DNA of 64,000 bases. Source: Halomonas sp. (lineage in GTDB: Bacteria > Pseudomonadota > Gammaproteobacteria > Pseudomonadales > Halomonadaceae). The position numbers were made by a program, and so were the translations under genes. Shown piece by piece: positions 1 through 10,143 of this stretch. The stretch's first letter is position 1. Every line of letters begins with the position of its first letter. The notes beneath the pieces were generated by a model, which had not been told where the DNA came from, made no database searches, and saw only the letters and a program-made list of their open reading frames with translations. The stretch is taken from the NCBI GenBank assembly GCA_024636705.1, contig JAGXGN010000061.1, positions 2,264-66,263 of the forward strand, given 5' to 3'.

Positions 1-532
1 GTCCATCGACACCAGCGTCGCGGAAGACCAGATCGAGGTCCTCGAGGTCTTCTGGTACGGCTGCCCGCATTGCTACAACCTGGAAGATCCCCTCAATGCC
101 TGGGTTGCCGAACAGCCGGAAGATGTCGCCTTCCTGCGCATGCCGGCCACCATGGGCGGTGACTGGGACAAGCATGCGATCGCCTTCTATGCCGCCCAGG
201 AACTCGGCATACTCGACGCCGTGCACGACGATTTCTTCGATGCCATCCACGAGGACGGCCGAAGCCTGACAGAGGTCGATGATGTCGCCGACTTCTTCAG
301 CGGCTATGGCGTCAGCGAGGAGGAGGCTCGCCAGGCCTTGAACTCCTTCGGCGTCAAGAACCTGGTCAATCAGGCAAACAATCGCTTGCGCACCATGCAG
401 ATCAGGGGCGTCCCCGCCCTGGTGGTCGATGGTCGCTATCTGATAAGCCCGAGAACCGCCGGAAGCCTGGAGAACATGCCACAGATTGCCGGCGCCCTGG
501 TCGAGAAGGTCCGCGAGGAGCATGCAGACTGA
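1..532 (+). CDS. dsbA: Thiol:disulfide interchange protein DsbA (5'-truncated by window edge)
   Basis: Frame open from nt 2 reads ...IEVLEVFWYGCPHCY...; cis-Pro motif IRGVPALVVDG near C-terminus. Confidence 0.95.
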   Translation, partial: SIDTSVAEDQIEVLEVFWYGCPHCYNLEDPLNAWVAEQPEDVAFLRMPATMGGDWDKHAIAFYAAQELGILDAVHDDFFDAIHEDGRSLTEVDDVADFFSGYGVSEEEARQALNSFGVKNLVNQANNRLRTMQIRGVPALVVDGRYLISPRTAGSLENMPQIAGALVEKVREEHAD

Positions 533-533
533 G

Positions 534-1370
534 ATGTCGCATCTGGGCGATGCCAGGACCTTGCCACTGGAAGGCGACCATCTCAAGCTGCTCACCTTCA
601 ACCTCCAGGTGGGTATCCAGACGTCTGCCTACCACCACTACCTGACCCGGAGTTGGCAACATCTCCTGCCCCATCCCAAGCGCCAGCGACGCCTGGACAT
701 GATGGGGGAGGTCATGGGGCGATTCGACATCGTCGGCCTTCAGGAAGTCGATGGCGGCAGCTTCCGATCCGGCCAGGTCAACCAGGTCGAGTACCTGGCC
801 ACCAAGGCGGGGTTTCCGCATCACTTCCAGCAGCTCAATCGCAACCTGGGTCGCATCGCCCAGCACAGCAATGGCCTGCTCTCGCGCCTGACCCCGAGCC
901 GGATTGAGGAGCATCGCCTGCCCGGGACCCTGCCCGGCCGTGGTGCCATCCATGCCCGCTTCGGGGAAGGGCCCGATGCCCTGCATCTCTTCGTCGCCCA
1001 TCTGGCGCTCAGCCATCGCGGCCGAGTCCGCCAGCTCGACTACCTGAGCGAGATCATCCAGCCACTTCGTCATGTCGTGGTGATGGGCGACCTCAACTGC
1101 ACCCCGGAACAGCTCCATGGACATCGACGCTTCGTCGCCTCCCTGCCTCTCCACCCCGTGCGCCCCCTGCTCAGCTATCCCTCCTGGCAGCCCCGGCGGG
1201 CGCTGGACCATATCCTGTTGTCCGAGTCCTTGCAGGCCGACGATGTGCGGGTACTCGATCATCTCTTCTCCGATCACTTGCCCATCGCCGTCGATGTGAG
1301 AATGCCACCCGCCTGCCTGGAGGCCCTCAAGGGAAGGCAGAAGGACGCGGTGAATCGAGAGGTCAAATGA
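534..1370 (+). CDS. Endonuclease/exonuclease/phosphatase (EEP) family protein
   Basis: LLTFN, GLQEVD, GDLN and SDHLP motifs; follows dsbA; start could also be 522. Confidence 0.88.
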   Translation: MSHLGDARTLPLEGDHLKLLTFNLQVGIQTSAYHHYLTRSWQHLLPHPKRQRRLDMMGEVMGRFDIVGLQEVDGGSFRSGQVNQVEYLATKAGFPHHFQQLNRNLGRIAQHSNGLLSRLTPSRIEEHRLPGTLPGRGAIHARFGEGPDALHLFVAHLALSHRGRVRQLDYLSEIIQPLRHVVVMGDLNCTPEQLHGHRRFVASLPLHPVRPLLSYPSWQPRRALDHILLSESLQADDVRVLDHLFSDHLPIAVDVRMPPACLEALKGRQKDAVNREVK

Positions 1371-1903
1371 CAGCCGCGACACCTGACCCCCCCCTGCTCG
1401 CGAGGCTCGATGCCTTTACCGACCTGGTCGGGCGTGGCATCGCCTGGTGCGTGATCATCATGATGGTGGTGCAGTTTGCCATCGTCATCCTGCGCTACCT
1501 GTTCAGCATCCACAGCACCGTGATGCAGGAATCGGTGATATACCTGCATGCCATGGTCTTCATGCTGGGTGCCGCCTGGACCCTTCGCCACGATGGCCAT
1601 GTCAGGGTGGACATCTTCTATCGCCGACTGTCCGCCCGGGGACGCGCCTGGATCGACCTCGGCGGCACCCTCTTCCTGCTGATCCCGGTGGTGGTCTTCA
1701 TCAGCCTTTCCAGCCTGGGCTATGTGCGCAGCAGCTGGGCGATCCTCGAGCGCTCCCCTGACGGCGGCATTCCCGCCGTCTTCCTGCTCAAGACCCTGAT
1801 CCTGGTGATGATGGCACTCCTGATGCTCCAGGCCATCGCCCAGGTCATCCGTCAGGTGGCGATACTGCGCGGTCGGCTGCCGAGCCGTGAGGAGCAGCGC
1901 TAG
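1367..1903 (+). CDS. TRAP transporter small permease (DctQ family)
   Basis: Four TM helices, GHVRVD motif; ATGA overlap with upstream gene. Confidence 0.92.
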   Translation: MTAATPDPPLLARLDAFTDLVGRGIAWCVIIMMVVQFAIVILRYLFSIHSTVMQESVIYLHAMVFMLGAAWTLRHDGHVRVDIFYRRLSARGRAWIDLGGTLFLLIPVVVFISLSSLGYVRSSWAILERSPDGGIPAVFLLKTLILVMMALLMLQAIAQVIRQVAILRGRLPSREEQR

Positions 1904-3318
1904 TGCTGGTGAACCTCCTCGATTTCATCCCCCTGGTGCTCTTCGCAGCTGTCTGCGGTGTCCTGATGCTGGGCTATCCGGTGGCCCTTTCCCTGGCCGG
2001 TACCGCCCTGATATTTGCCGGAATCGGCTACGTGCTGCTCGAACTGGGTGTCCCGATATCCTTCGAGAGCGGCTACCTGGGTGCCATGCCCAGCCGCCTC
2101 TACGGAATCATGACCAACCAGACGCTGCTGGCCGTACCACTGTTCATCCTGATGGGCGTGCTGCTCGAGAAGTCGAGGGTTGCTGCCACCCTGCTCGATA
2201 CCATGGCCCTGGCCTTCGGCACCCTGCGCGGTGGCCTGGGGATCGCGGTGATCCTGGTGGGCATGCTGCTGGCGGCCTCCACCGGCATCGTCGGCGCCAC
2301 CGTGGTCACCATGGGCCTGCTGTCCCTGCCGACCATGCTCAAGCGCGGCTATTCCCCGGCACTCGCCACCGGCAGCATCTGCGCCACCGGCACCCTGGGC
2401 CAGATCATCCCGCCCTCCATCGCCCTGGTGCTGCTCGGCGACGTCCTCTCGAACGCCTACCAGCAGGCCCAACTCGACATGGGCATATGGAGCCCGAAGA
2501 CGGTCTCGGTAGGGGACCTCTTCGTCGGGGCCCTGATTCCGGGCCTCTTGCTGGTGGCGGCCTATATCGGCCTGATGCTGGCCATCGCCTGGTGGAAACC
2601 CTCGATGGCACCCACTGCCGACCGGGAAGAACTGATGCAGGACCTGGGGCATAGTGGCAGCCTCTGGCCGCTGCTGCTCAGGAGCCTGGTTCCCCCTATC
2701 CTGTTGATCGTCATCGTCCTGGGCTCCATCCTCGGCGGCTTCGCCACCCCTACCGAGGCCTCGGCGGTGGGCGCCTTCGGTGCCTTCCTGCTGGCCCTGG
2801 CCAATCGGCGGCTGAGCCTGCCGATCCTGCGTGACGTGGTACAGACCACCACCCAGGTCACCAGCATGGTGTTTCTGATCCTGGTCGGCGCCACCCTCTT
2901 CTCGCTGGTCTTCCGTGCCTTCGGTGGAGAGGCGCTGGTCACCGAGATGTTCTCCACCATGCCTGGCGGCGTGGTCGGCGCCACCCTGGTGGTCATGGTG
3001 GTGATCTTCCTGCTGGGCTTCATCCTCGATTTCATCGAGATCACCTTCGTGGTGGTCCCCATCGTCGGGCCGGTGCTGCTGGCCATGGGCATCGATCCCA
3101 TCTGGCTGGGCATCATGATCGCGGTGAACCTGCAGACATCCTTCCTGACACCGCCCTTCGGTTTCGCCCTCTTCTACCTGCGTGGCGTCACACCTGCCTC
3201 GGTACCGACCTCCGCCATCTACCGCGGGGTGGTGCCCTTCATCGGGCTGCAGCTCACCATGCTGCTGGCCCTGGCCCTCTTCCCGGGGCTGGCGACCTGG
3301 CTACCCTCACTGCTATAG
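1903..3318 (+). CDS. TRAP transporter large permease (DctM family)
   Basis: LLAVPLF, GTLGQIIPPS, ATPTEAS, FLTPPFG motifs; highly hydrophobic. Confidence 0.95.
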   Translation: MLVNLLDFIPLVLFAAVCGVLMLGYPVALSLAGTALIFAGIGYVLLELGVPISFESGYLGAMPSRLYGIMTNQTLLAVPLFILMGVLLEKSRVAATLLDTMALAFGTLRGGLGIAVILVGMLLAASTGIVGATVVTMGLLSLPTMLKRGYSPALATGSICATGTLGQIIPPSIALVLLGDVLSNAYQQAQLDMGIWSPKTVSVGDLFVGALIPGLLLVAAYIGLMLAIAWWKPSMAPTADREELMQDLGHSGSLWPLLLRSLVPPILLIVIVLGSILGGFATPTEASAVGAFGAFLLALANRRLSLPILRDVVQTTTQVTSMVFLILVGATLFSLVFRAFGGEALVTEMFSTMPGGVVGATLVVMVVIFLLGFILDFIEITFVVVPIVGPVLLAMGIDPIWLGIMIAVNLQTSFLTPPFGFALFYLRGVTPASVPTSAIYRGVVPFIGLQLTMLLALALFPGLATWLPSLL

Positions 3319-3319
3319 G

Positions 3320-4138
3320 ATGACCATGACGCCTTCACGCATCCCGCCCAATGTACTGACCATCGCCGGTTCCGACCCCAGCGGAGGCGCCGGCATCCAG
3401 GCCGACCTCAAGACCTTCTCAGCGCTGGGCGCCTATGGCACCAGTGTGATCACCGCCCTGACGGCGCAGAACACCCGTGGCGTCAGGGGGGTACACCCGG
3501 TACCGCCCGATTTCATCGAGGCCCAGCTCGACGCCCTGCTGGATGACGTCCATATCGATGCCATCAAGATCGGCATGGTGGCCAGTCGCGAGGTGGCCGA
3601 GACCTTGCGCCGGGTGCTGGAACGCCAGCGTCCTCGCTGGATCGTGCTCGATCCGGTCATGGTGGCCAAGAGCGGTGACATCCTGGTCGACAATGCCGGT
3701 ATCGCAGCCGTGCGCGAGATCCTGGTTCCCATGGCCGACCTGATCACGCCCAACCTGCCGGAAGCCGCCGTCCTGCTGGCGGGTGCAGTACCGGAGACAC
3801 GCGCCGGCATGGAGATCCTGGCAACCGGACTTCGCGACCTGGGCGCCGGGGCGGTGCTGCTCAAGGGGGGCCATCTACGGGAGGACAGCTCCCCCGACCT
3901 GCTGATCACACCCGAGGCCCTGCTCTGGCTCGAGGGGCCGCGTGTCGATACCCGCAACCTGCACGGCACCGGATGCAGCCTGTCCTCGGCGATCACCGCT
4001 CGGCTGGCACTGGGCGACAGCCTTCCGGATGCCGTGGCCGCCGCCAAGTCATGGCTCGTCGATGCCCTGGCCGACAGCCATCGACTTGACGTGGGTCAGG
4101 GACAGGGTCCGGTGCACCACTTCCATGCCTGGTGGTGA
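3320..4138 (+). CDS. thiD: Hydroxymethylpyrimidine/phosphomethylpyrimidine kinase
   Basis: IAGSDPSGGAGIQADLKTF, LDPVM, HGTGC motifs; ATG 3320 or 3326. Confidence 0.95.
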   Translation: MTMTPSRIPPNVLTIAGSDPSGGAGIQADLKTFSALGAYGTSVITALTAQNTRGVRGVHPVPPDFIEAQLDALLDDVHIDAIKIGMVASREVAETLRRVLERQRPRWIVLDPVMVAKSGDILVDNAGIAAVREILVPMADLITPNLPEAAVLLAGAVPETRAGMEILATGLRDLGAGAVLLKGGHLREDSSPDLLITPEALLWLEGPRVDTRNLHGTGCSLSSAITARLALGDSLPDAVAAAKSWLVDALADSHRLDVGQGQGPVHHFHAWW

Positions 4139-4233
4139 CCGATTCGGCTTGCAGCCCGGCGTAGCGCCGCCCATTCTTAAGTAGCGATGACGTTGGGGCT
4201 GACCGACGACTCGCTGTCACGGAGGGATGCGCC

Positions 4234-5079
4234 ATGACCCAGACTCTGCTGTTCGCTTGCGACCTTTCCGCGGAAAACCGTTCTGCCTTCGCTCGTGCCG
4301 TCCGACTGGCCATCGAGCAGGGCGCGCGCCTCGATGTGCTGCATGTCCTCGACCCCTACCTGCCCAAACGCGTCCTGCAGGACCTGGAAGCGGCAGTGGT
4401 GGCTGACATCAAGACCATCCTCACCGATATACGAGAGGATTACGCCCTCCCCGAACCCCGGACCCTGATCCAGACGGTCACCGGTTCTCCCTACGCGGAA
4501 ATCATCCGTGAGGCGCATGAACGTGATGTCGACATGATCATCCTCGGTGCCCATCGCAAGCGTGGCCAACCGGACCTGGTCGCCGGTACCACCCTGGCCC
4601 GGGTACTCCGCAGCGCACCCTGTCCGGTGCTCTCGGTAAGCCACCTGGCCACCCAGGAGTGGCAGGACATCCTGGTCCCCATCGACTTCTCGTTGACCTC
4701 CCGCCATACCCTGCGCGAGACCCTCAAGCGCTTTCCCGCGGCACGCCTGACCCTGCTGCATGCCTGGGATATCCCCGGTGAGCGGGAGCTGGGTTCCGAC
4801 AGCGACTTCGCCCGCTGGCGAGACCGCGAAGTGGCTCGCCTGCGTACCCAGCTGGAACGCGAGACCGAGCAACTGATGAGCGAACTGGAGGATGTTCCCG
4901 AGCTCGAACTCGTCCTGGCCCAGGGCGACCCCCTCGACGTGCTGTTGACTCGCCTGCGCCGCCAGCCACCCGACCTCCTGGCGCTGGGCAGCCGCGGCCA
5001 GCTGGGCCGGCACAGCCAGATCACCGAGCGCCTGCTGGCCGAGCCGCACTGCGACATCATGCTCTGCCGCGCCTGGTAG
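4234..5079 (+). CDS. Tandem-domain universal stress protein
   Basis: Two Usp domains (ACDLS..., ILVPIDFS..., PCPVL); GGAGG RBS. Confidence 0.88.
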   Translation: MTQTLLFACDLSAENRSAFARAVRLAIEQGARLDVLHVLDPYLPKRVLQDLEAAVVADIKTILTDIREDYALPEPRTLIQTVTGSPYAEIIREAHERDVDMIILGAHRKRGQPDLVAGTTLARVLRSAPCPVLSVSHLATQEWQDILVPIDFSLTSRHTLRETLKRFPAARLTLLHAWDIPGERELGSDSDFARWRDREVARLRTQLERETEQLMSELEDVPELELVLAQGDPLDVLLTRLRRQPPDLLALGSRGQLGRHSQITERLLAEPHCDIMLCRAW

Positions 5080-5154
5080 CATTTCTATACACAACCCTTA
5101 CAGGTAGACAGAACCTTTGCCGGCGGATCCAGAGAGCAGGAGGCGCTTCCGACC

Positions 5155-5592
5155 ATGAAGGCCCTGATCCAGCGCGTCAGGCGCGCCAGCGTGGAAGTGA
5201 ACGGCCAGGAAAGCGGCGCCATCGATCGGGGACTGCTGGCCTTGGTGGGCGTGGAAAAGGGCGACGACGAGGCGAGGGCCGAGCGGCTACTCCACCGGCT
5301 GCTGCACTACCGCGTGTTCAGCGATGGCGAGGGCAAGATGAACCTCGACCTGCAACAGGTCGAGGGCGGCCTGTTGCTGGTTCCCCAGTTCACCCTGGCG
5401 GCCGATACCCGCAAGGGAATGCGACCGAGTTTCTCGAGCGCGGCCCCGCCCGCCGAGGGTGAGCGCCTCTTCCACTACCTGCTCGAGAAGGCCCGGGCCG
5501 CTTGGCCCCGGGTGGCCAGCGGCGCCTTCGGCGCCGATATGCAGGTCGCGCTGGTCAACGACGGGCCGGTGACTTTCCTGTTGGAGAGCTGA
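5155..5592 (+). CDS. dtd: D-aminoacyl-tRNA deacylase
   Basis: [23 protein letters not shown] motifs. Confidence 0.97.
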   Translation: MKALIQRVRRASVEVNGQESGAIDRGLLALVGVEKGDDEARAERLLHRLLHYRVFSDGEGKMNLDLQQVEGGLLLVPQFTLAADTRKGMRPSFSSAAPPAEGERLFHYLLEKARAAWPRVASGAFGADMQVALVNDGPVTFLLES

Positions 5593-5699
5593 TAGCGCCG
5601 AGCGCCGCAGGGATGATGCCTTCAGCGCTTGCGATAACATTCAAGTGTCGGCGAGGTTCATCTCGGCACCAGCCGCCCGTCATTGAGCAGATGGGCGCT

Positions 5700-7640
5700 T
5701 CAAGCTTGGTGCTCGGCGCTTTCCATCGCCTCCTGGGCGGCCAACCAGGCCTCCTCCCTCTCGTCGAGCCGCGCCTTGAGTTCGGCCTGACGTGCCAGGA
5801 GCCGGGTCAGCTCGGCCTTGCGAGCCCCATCGGTATAGAGGTCGGCCTCGCCAAGCGTTTCCTCCAACCTGGCGATCGCCGCCTGGGCCTCTTCCACTTC
5901 CTTCTCGGCACGATCGCAGTCACACTTGAGCGGCTGAAGCTTCTTCCGCCGCTCAGCCGATGCCTTGCGGGTGGCCTTGCGATCCTCTCTGGGCGCGGCA
6001 GTCGTCGTCGCCTGGCGTTCGGCCTTGTCGACCCGCGCCTCCCGACGCTCGCCCTCCAGCCGTGCCTTGAGCCAGGCACGATAATCGTCCAGATCACCGT
6101 CGAAGGGCTCGACCCGATGGTCCGCCACCCGCCAGAACTCATCCACGGTGGCCCGCAACAGGTGTCGATCGTGAGAGACGATGATCACCGTGCCCTCGAA
6201 GCTCGCCAGGGCCTCGGTGAGGGCCTCTCGCATCTCCAGGTCCAGGTGGTTGGTAGGCTCGTCGAGCAGCAGCAGGTTGGGCTTCTGCCAGGCGACCAGG
6301 GACAGCGCCAGACGCGCCTTCTCGCCACCGGAAAAACGGCCAACCTGGGCGAAAACATCGTCGCCGTGAAAACCGAAGCCCCCCAGGAACTTGCGGATAT
6401 CCAGATCGGCAGCGGTGGGCGACAGTCGCTGAACGTGCTGGAAAGGGGTGGACGCCAGGTCCAGGCTCTCGAGCTGATGCTGGGCAAAATAACCGATGGC
6501 CAGGTGCTCGCCCGGCACCCGCTTGCCGGCCAGGAGGGGCAGGTCGCCGGTCAACGACTTGATCAGGGTGGACTTGCCGGCACCGTTGGGGCCAAGCAGG
6601 CCGATCCGCTGCCCCGGCAGGAGGGTCACCTTGACCTTCTCCAGCTGGGCGATCTCGCCACCCGTCTCGTCGCGATACCCCAATCGTGCCTCATCCAGGA
6701 CCAGCAAGGGGTGTGAGGTCTTGTCCGACGACGGAAGGGTGAAATGGAAGGGCGAGTCGGCATGGGCCACGGCGATATCGCCCATGCGTTCGAGCATCTT
6801 GAGCCGACTCTGGGCCTGGCGGGCCTTGTTGGCCTGGTAGCGGAAGCGCGCCACGAAGCGCTCGATCTCTTCGCGCCGTGCCTGCTGCTTTACCGCCTCG
6901 GCCTGCTGCAGGGCCAGCTTTTCGGCCCGAGTCCGCTCGAAGGTGGAATAGTTGCCCCGATAGAGCGCCAACGTCCGGCGGTCGAAATGCACGATGTGAT
7001 CGCAGACGGCATCGAGGAAGTCACGGTCGTGGGAGATCAGCAGCAGGGTGCCGGAGTAACGCATCAGCCACTGCTCCAGCCACAACAGGGCATCCAGGTC
7101 CAGATGGTTGGTCGGTTCATCGAGGAGCAGGAGATCCGAGGGCATGAAGAGGGTACGAGCCAGGTTGATCCGCATCCGCCAGCCCCCAGAAAAGTCGGCG
7201 AGAGGGCGCTCCAGGTCGGCCTGGACGAAGCCGAGCCCTACCAGCAACTGCGCCGCCCGGGCCGGGGCCGAGTAGCCGTCCAGGGCCTCGATGGTGCCGT
7301 GAAGCTCGGCCTCGCGGTGGGCGTCGTCGTGCTCCCGAGCCTCCGTCAGGGCCCTTTCCGTCTCGCGCAGCTCCTGGTCACCATCGAGGACATAGTCGAG
7401 AATGGCGCGATCCAGGGCCTCGACCTCCTGGGCCATATGCGCGATGCGCTGGCCACCGCTCATCTCGACCTCACCCTTGTCGGGGATCAGTTCGTTCAAC
7501 AGCAGCTTGAAGAGACTCGACTTGCCTGCCCCATTGGGCCCGACGATCCCCGCCTTGTGACCGGCATGCAGGGTCAGGTCGGCGCCCTCGAGCAGGGATT
7601 GGGTACCGCGTTGCAGGGAAACTTGGCGCAGTGCGATCAT
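5700..7640 (-). CDS. yheS: ABC-F family ATPase (YheS-like)
   Basis: Two ABC domains (GPNGAGKS, LLLDEPTNHLD twice), no TM segments; start MIALRQ at 7640. Confidence 0.88.
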   Translation of the reverse strand: MIALRQVSLQRGTQSLLEGADLTLHAGHKAGIVGPNGAGKSSLFKLLLNELIPDKGEVEMSGGQRIAHMAQEVEALDRAILDYVLDGDQELRETERALTEAREHDDAHREAELHGTIEALDGYSAPARAAQLLVGLGFVQADLERPLADFSGGWRMRINLARTLFMPSDLLLLDEPTNHLDLDALLWLEQWLMRYSGTLLLISHDRDFLDAVCDHIVHFDRRTLALYRGNYSTFERTRAEKLALQQAEAVKQQARREEIERFVARFRYQANKARQAQSRLKMLERMGDIAVAHADSPFHFTLPSSDKTSHPLLVLDEARLGYRDETGGEIAQLEKVKVTLLPGQRIGLLGPNGAGKSTLIKSLTGDLPLLAGKRVPGEHLAIGYFAQHQLESLDLASTPFQHVQRLSPTAADLDIRKFLGGFGFHGDDVFAQVGRFSGGEKARLALSLVAWQKPNLLLLDEPTNHLDLEMREALTEALASFEGTVIIVSHDRHLLRATVDEFWRVADHRVEPFDGDLDDYRAWLKARLEGERREARVDKAERQATTTAAPREDRKATRKASAERRKKLQPLKCDCDRAEKEVEEAQAAIARLEETLGEADLYTDGARKAELTRLLARQAELKARLDEREEAWLAAQEAMESAEHQA

Positions 7641-7698
7641 GCTGGCTCCACTCGGCGATGCACAGGGCTGCCGACAACACTGCGACGGCAACCGAAAG

Positions 7699-8232
7699 AT
7701 GAGTGATGATTCTACCGAATTGGCGGCCAGTCTGCGGCGCCGACTGGCCGAGTTCCCCCTGCGTGATTTCGCCTTCCAGTTCTATGCTCGTCCCGGGGTC
7801 GAGTCCAGCTGCCTTAAACTCCAGGATGAGGCCGGGGTGGATGTCTGCGAACTCCTGTGGCGCTGCTGGCTCTTTCACCACGGCCTAAGCCTGGCCGATG
7901 ATCCCGAGGGACTGGACGGGATACGCCGCTGGCAACAGGAGATCACCGCCCCCCTGCGACGGCTTCGCCGTGAACTCAAGGTTGAAGCTGCCCACGGAAC
8001 CCAGGTGGCGGCGCTGCGCCAGACCCTGAAAGACGCCGAACTCCAGGCGGAAAAGGAAAGCCTGCGACGCCTGCAGTCCCTGACCCTGGAGGCCCGACCC
8101 CAGGCCCTGCCCAGCCTTCGGCCAGGATTGACGGAATACCTTTCCGAGGCCTTCCAGCTTCAGGAAATGGTTCACCTTTGCCTCCTGCAAAGGCTGCAAG
8201 CCTCTATTGACCCCTTCTCGGGCACGCGCTAG
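7699..8232 (+). CDS. TIGR02444/DUF2390 family protein
   Basis: FAFQFYARPGVESSCLKLQDEAGVDV pattern; divergent from yheS as in related taxa. Confidence 0.8.
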   Translation: MSDDSTELAASLRRRLAEFPLRDFAFQFYARPGVESSCLKLQDEAGVDVCELLWRCWLFHHGLSLADDPEGLDGIRRWQQEITAPLRRLRRELKVEAAHGTQVAALRQTLKDAELQAEKESLRRLQSLTLEARPQALPSLRPGLTEYLSEAFQLQEMVHLCLLQRLQASIDPFSGTR

Positions 8233-8235
8233 CCT
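8207..8235 (+). promoter_or_regulatory. Putative sigma70-type promoter of teaABCD
   Basis: TTGACC-17 bp-TAGCCT upstream of teaA. Confidence 0.55.
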
Positions 8236-8245
8236 CAAGGAGTCA

Positions 8246-8269
8246 TGCAGGTTTACAAACCTGCAGGTT
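8246..8269. promoter_or_regulatory. Overlapping palindromes, candidate operator
   Basis: TGCAGGTTT-AC-AAACCTGCA (8246-8265) overlapping AACCTGCAGGTT (8258-8269). Confidence 0.45.
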
Positions 8270-8321
8270 GTTGACGACGCCTGGCGTTTTCCACAATCCC
8301 AACCAAGAGGGTATGAGACGA

Positions 8322-9344
8322 ATGAAAGCTACCAAGTTAATCACCACCGCCAGCATTGGCGCTCTGCTGTTCGGCATGTCGGCAGCCGCACAATCCGCCA
8401 ACTGGCGCTATGCTCATGAAGAATATGAGGGTGACGTTCAGGATGTGTTCGCCTATGCCTTCAAGGACTACATTGAGGAAAATTCCGACAATTCAGTCCA
8501 GGTCTTCCGATTCGGCGAACTCGGCGAATCCGACGACGTCATGGAACAGACCCAGAACGGCATCCTGCAGTTCGTCAACCAGTCCCCCGGCTTCACCGGT
8601 GCATTGATCCCGGCGGCGCAGATCTTCTTCATCCCCTACCTGCTGCCGACGGACATGGAGACCGTTCTCGAGTTCTTCGACGAAAGCGTCGCCATCAACG
8701 AAATGTTCCCGGAACTCTACGCCGAGCACGGGCTCGAATTGCTGCAGATGTACCCCGAAGGCGAGATGGTGGTCACCGCCGACGAACCCATCACCTCACC
8801 GGAAGATTTCGACAACAAGAAGATCCGGGTGATGACCAACCCGCTGCTCTCCGCGACCTACGATGCCTTCGGTGCCACCCCGACACCATTGCCCTGGGGC
8901 GAGGTCTATGGTGCCCTACAGACCGGCATCCTCGATGGCCAGGAAAACCCGATCTTCTGGATCGAGTCCGGTGGCCTCTACGAGGTATCCCCGAACCTGA
9001 CCTTCACCAGCCATGGCTGGTTCACCACCGCCATGATGGCCAACAAGGACTTCTTCGATGGCCTCTCAGAGGAAGACCAGCAGCTGGTTCGTGACGCCTC
9101 AGACGCCGCCTATGACCAAACCATCGATCACATCCAGGGCCTCGCACAGGAGTCACTGGACAAGATCATGGCGGCCTGTGACGAGTGCACGGTGACTCGC
9201 CTCAACGACGAACAGATTGCGGCCTTCAAGGAACGCGCCCCGCAAGTCGAGGAAAAATTCCTCGAGATTACCGATGAGAAGGGTGAGAAGTTGCTGAACC
9301 AGTTCAAGGCCGACCTCGAGGCTGTGACCGAAGACGCGGAATAA
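8322..9344 (+). CDS. teaA: Ectoine TRAP transporter substrate-binding protein TeaA
   Basis: Signal peptide then WRYAHEEYEGDVQD...GQENPIFW; closely resembles H. elongata TeaA as recalled; very acidic. Confidence 0.95.
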   Translation: MKATKLITTASIGALLFGMSAAAQSANWRYAHEEYEGDVQDVFAYAFKDYIEENSDNSVQVFRFGELGESDDVMEQTQNGILQFVNQSPGFTGALIPAAQIFFIPYLLPTDMETVLEFFDESVAINEMFPELYAEHGLELLQMYPEGEMVVTADEPITSPEDFDNKKIRVMTNPLLSATYDAFGATPTPLPWGEVYGALQTGILDGQENPIFWIESGGLYEVSPNLTFTSHGWFTTAMMANKDFFDGLSEEDQQLVRDASDAAYDQTIDHIQGLAQESLDKIMAACDECTVTRLNDEQIAAFKERAPQVEEKFLEITDEKGEKLLNQFKADLEAVTEDAE

Positions 9345-9367
9345 TTACCGCCAGCCTCAACCTTGAA

Positions 9368-9403
9368 GGGGGTGGCCTGTCCGGGCCACCCCCCTGTTGT
9401 TTC
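9368..9403 (+). terminator. Stem-loop after teaA (terminator or mRNA stabiliser)
   Basis: GGGGGTGGCC-TGTCCG-GGCCACCCCC followed by CTGTTGTTTC. Confidence 0.65.
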
Positions 9404-9533
9404 TGGACAAGCGATTTCCGTACACCAGCAGCGTGCACCCAGCGTTGATGCCGCTTTCACATGACGACCGACAAGACAGTATGCTGTTGAAAAGAATGAC
9501 TGGCCTGGCGTCCGAATCAAAGGGAGCAGGATC

Positions 9534-10115
9534 ATGACCGATGCCGAAGAAACCGAAAAGAACTATAAATCCGGCCTGCCGGGATTCCTGGGTGTAATCG
9601 ACACCTTCATCAGCAAGCTCGAGGCGGTGATATTGGCCATGGGTGTTCTGCTCATGGCAACCAATACCATCGCCAACGTGATCGGGCGCTTCGTCTTCGG
9701 GGAAAGCATCATGGTCTCGGGCGAGATCAACCGCATCCTGATCATCATGATCACCTTCGCCGGTATCGGTTACGCGGCCCGGCACGGCCGCCATATCCGC
9801 ATGTCGGCCATCTATGATGCCCTGCCGGCAGGCGGTCGAAAGGCGCTGATGATCGTCATATCGCTATTTACCGCCCTGATCATGTTTTTCCTGCTCTACT
9901 ACTCGATCATCTATATCCTCGACCTCTATTCCAAGGGCAGGGTGCTGCCCGCCACGAGCCTTCCCGTATGGATCATCTATGTCTGGGTGCCGCTGGGCTT
10001 CCTGATCACCGGGATCCAGTACCTGCTAACGGCCATCAAGAACCTGACATCGCGGGACGTCTACCTGTCAACCGGCGTAGTCGACGGTTACAAGGATACC
10101 GAAACGGAAGTCTGA
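9534..10115 (+). CDS. teaB: Ectoine TRAP small permease TeaB
   Basis: DctQ-type, RHIRMS motif; operon position. Confidence 0.93.
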   Translation: MTDAEETEKNYKSGLPGFLGVIDTFISKLEAVILAMGVLLMATNTIANVIGRFVFGESIMVSGEINRILIIMITFAGIGYAARHGRHIRMSAIYDALPAGGRKALMIVISLFTALIMFFLLYYSIIYILDLYSKGRVLPATSLPVWIIYVWVPLGFLITGIQYLLTAIKNLTSRDVYLSTGVVDGYKDTETEV

Positions 10116-10143
10116 CGCAGGGCTGAGCCCGGGGGAACGCACG

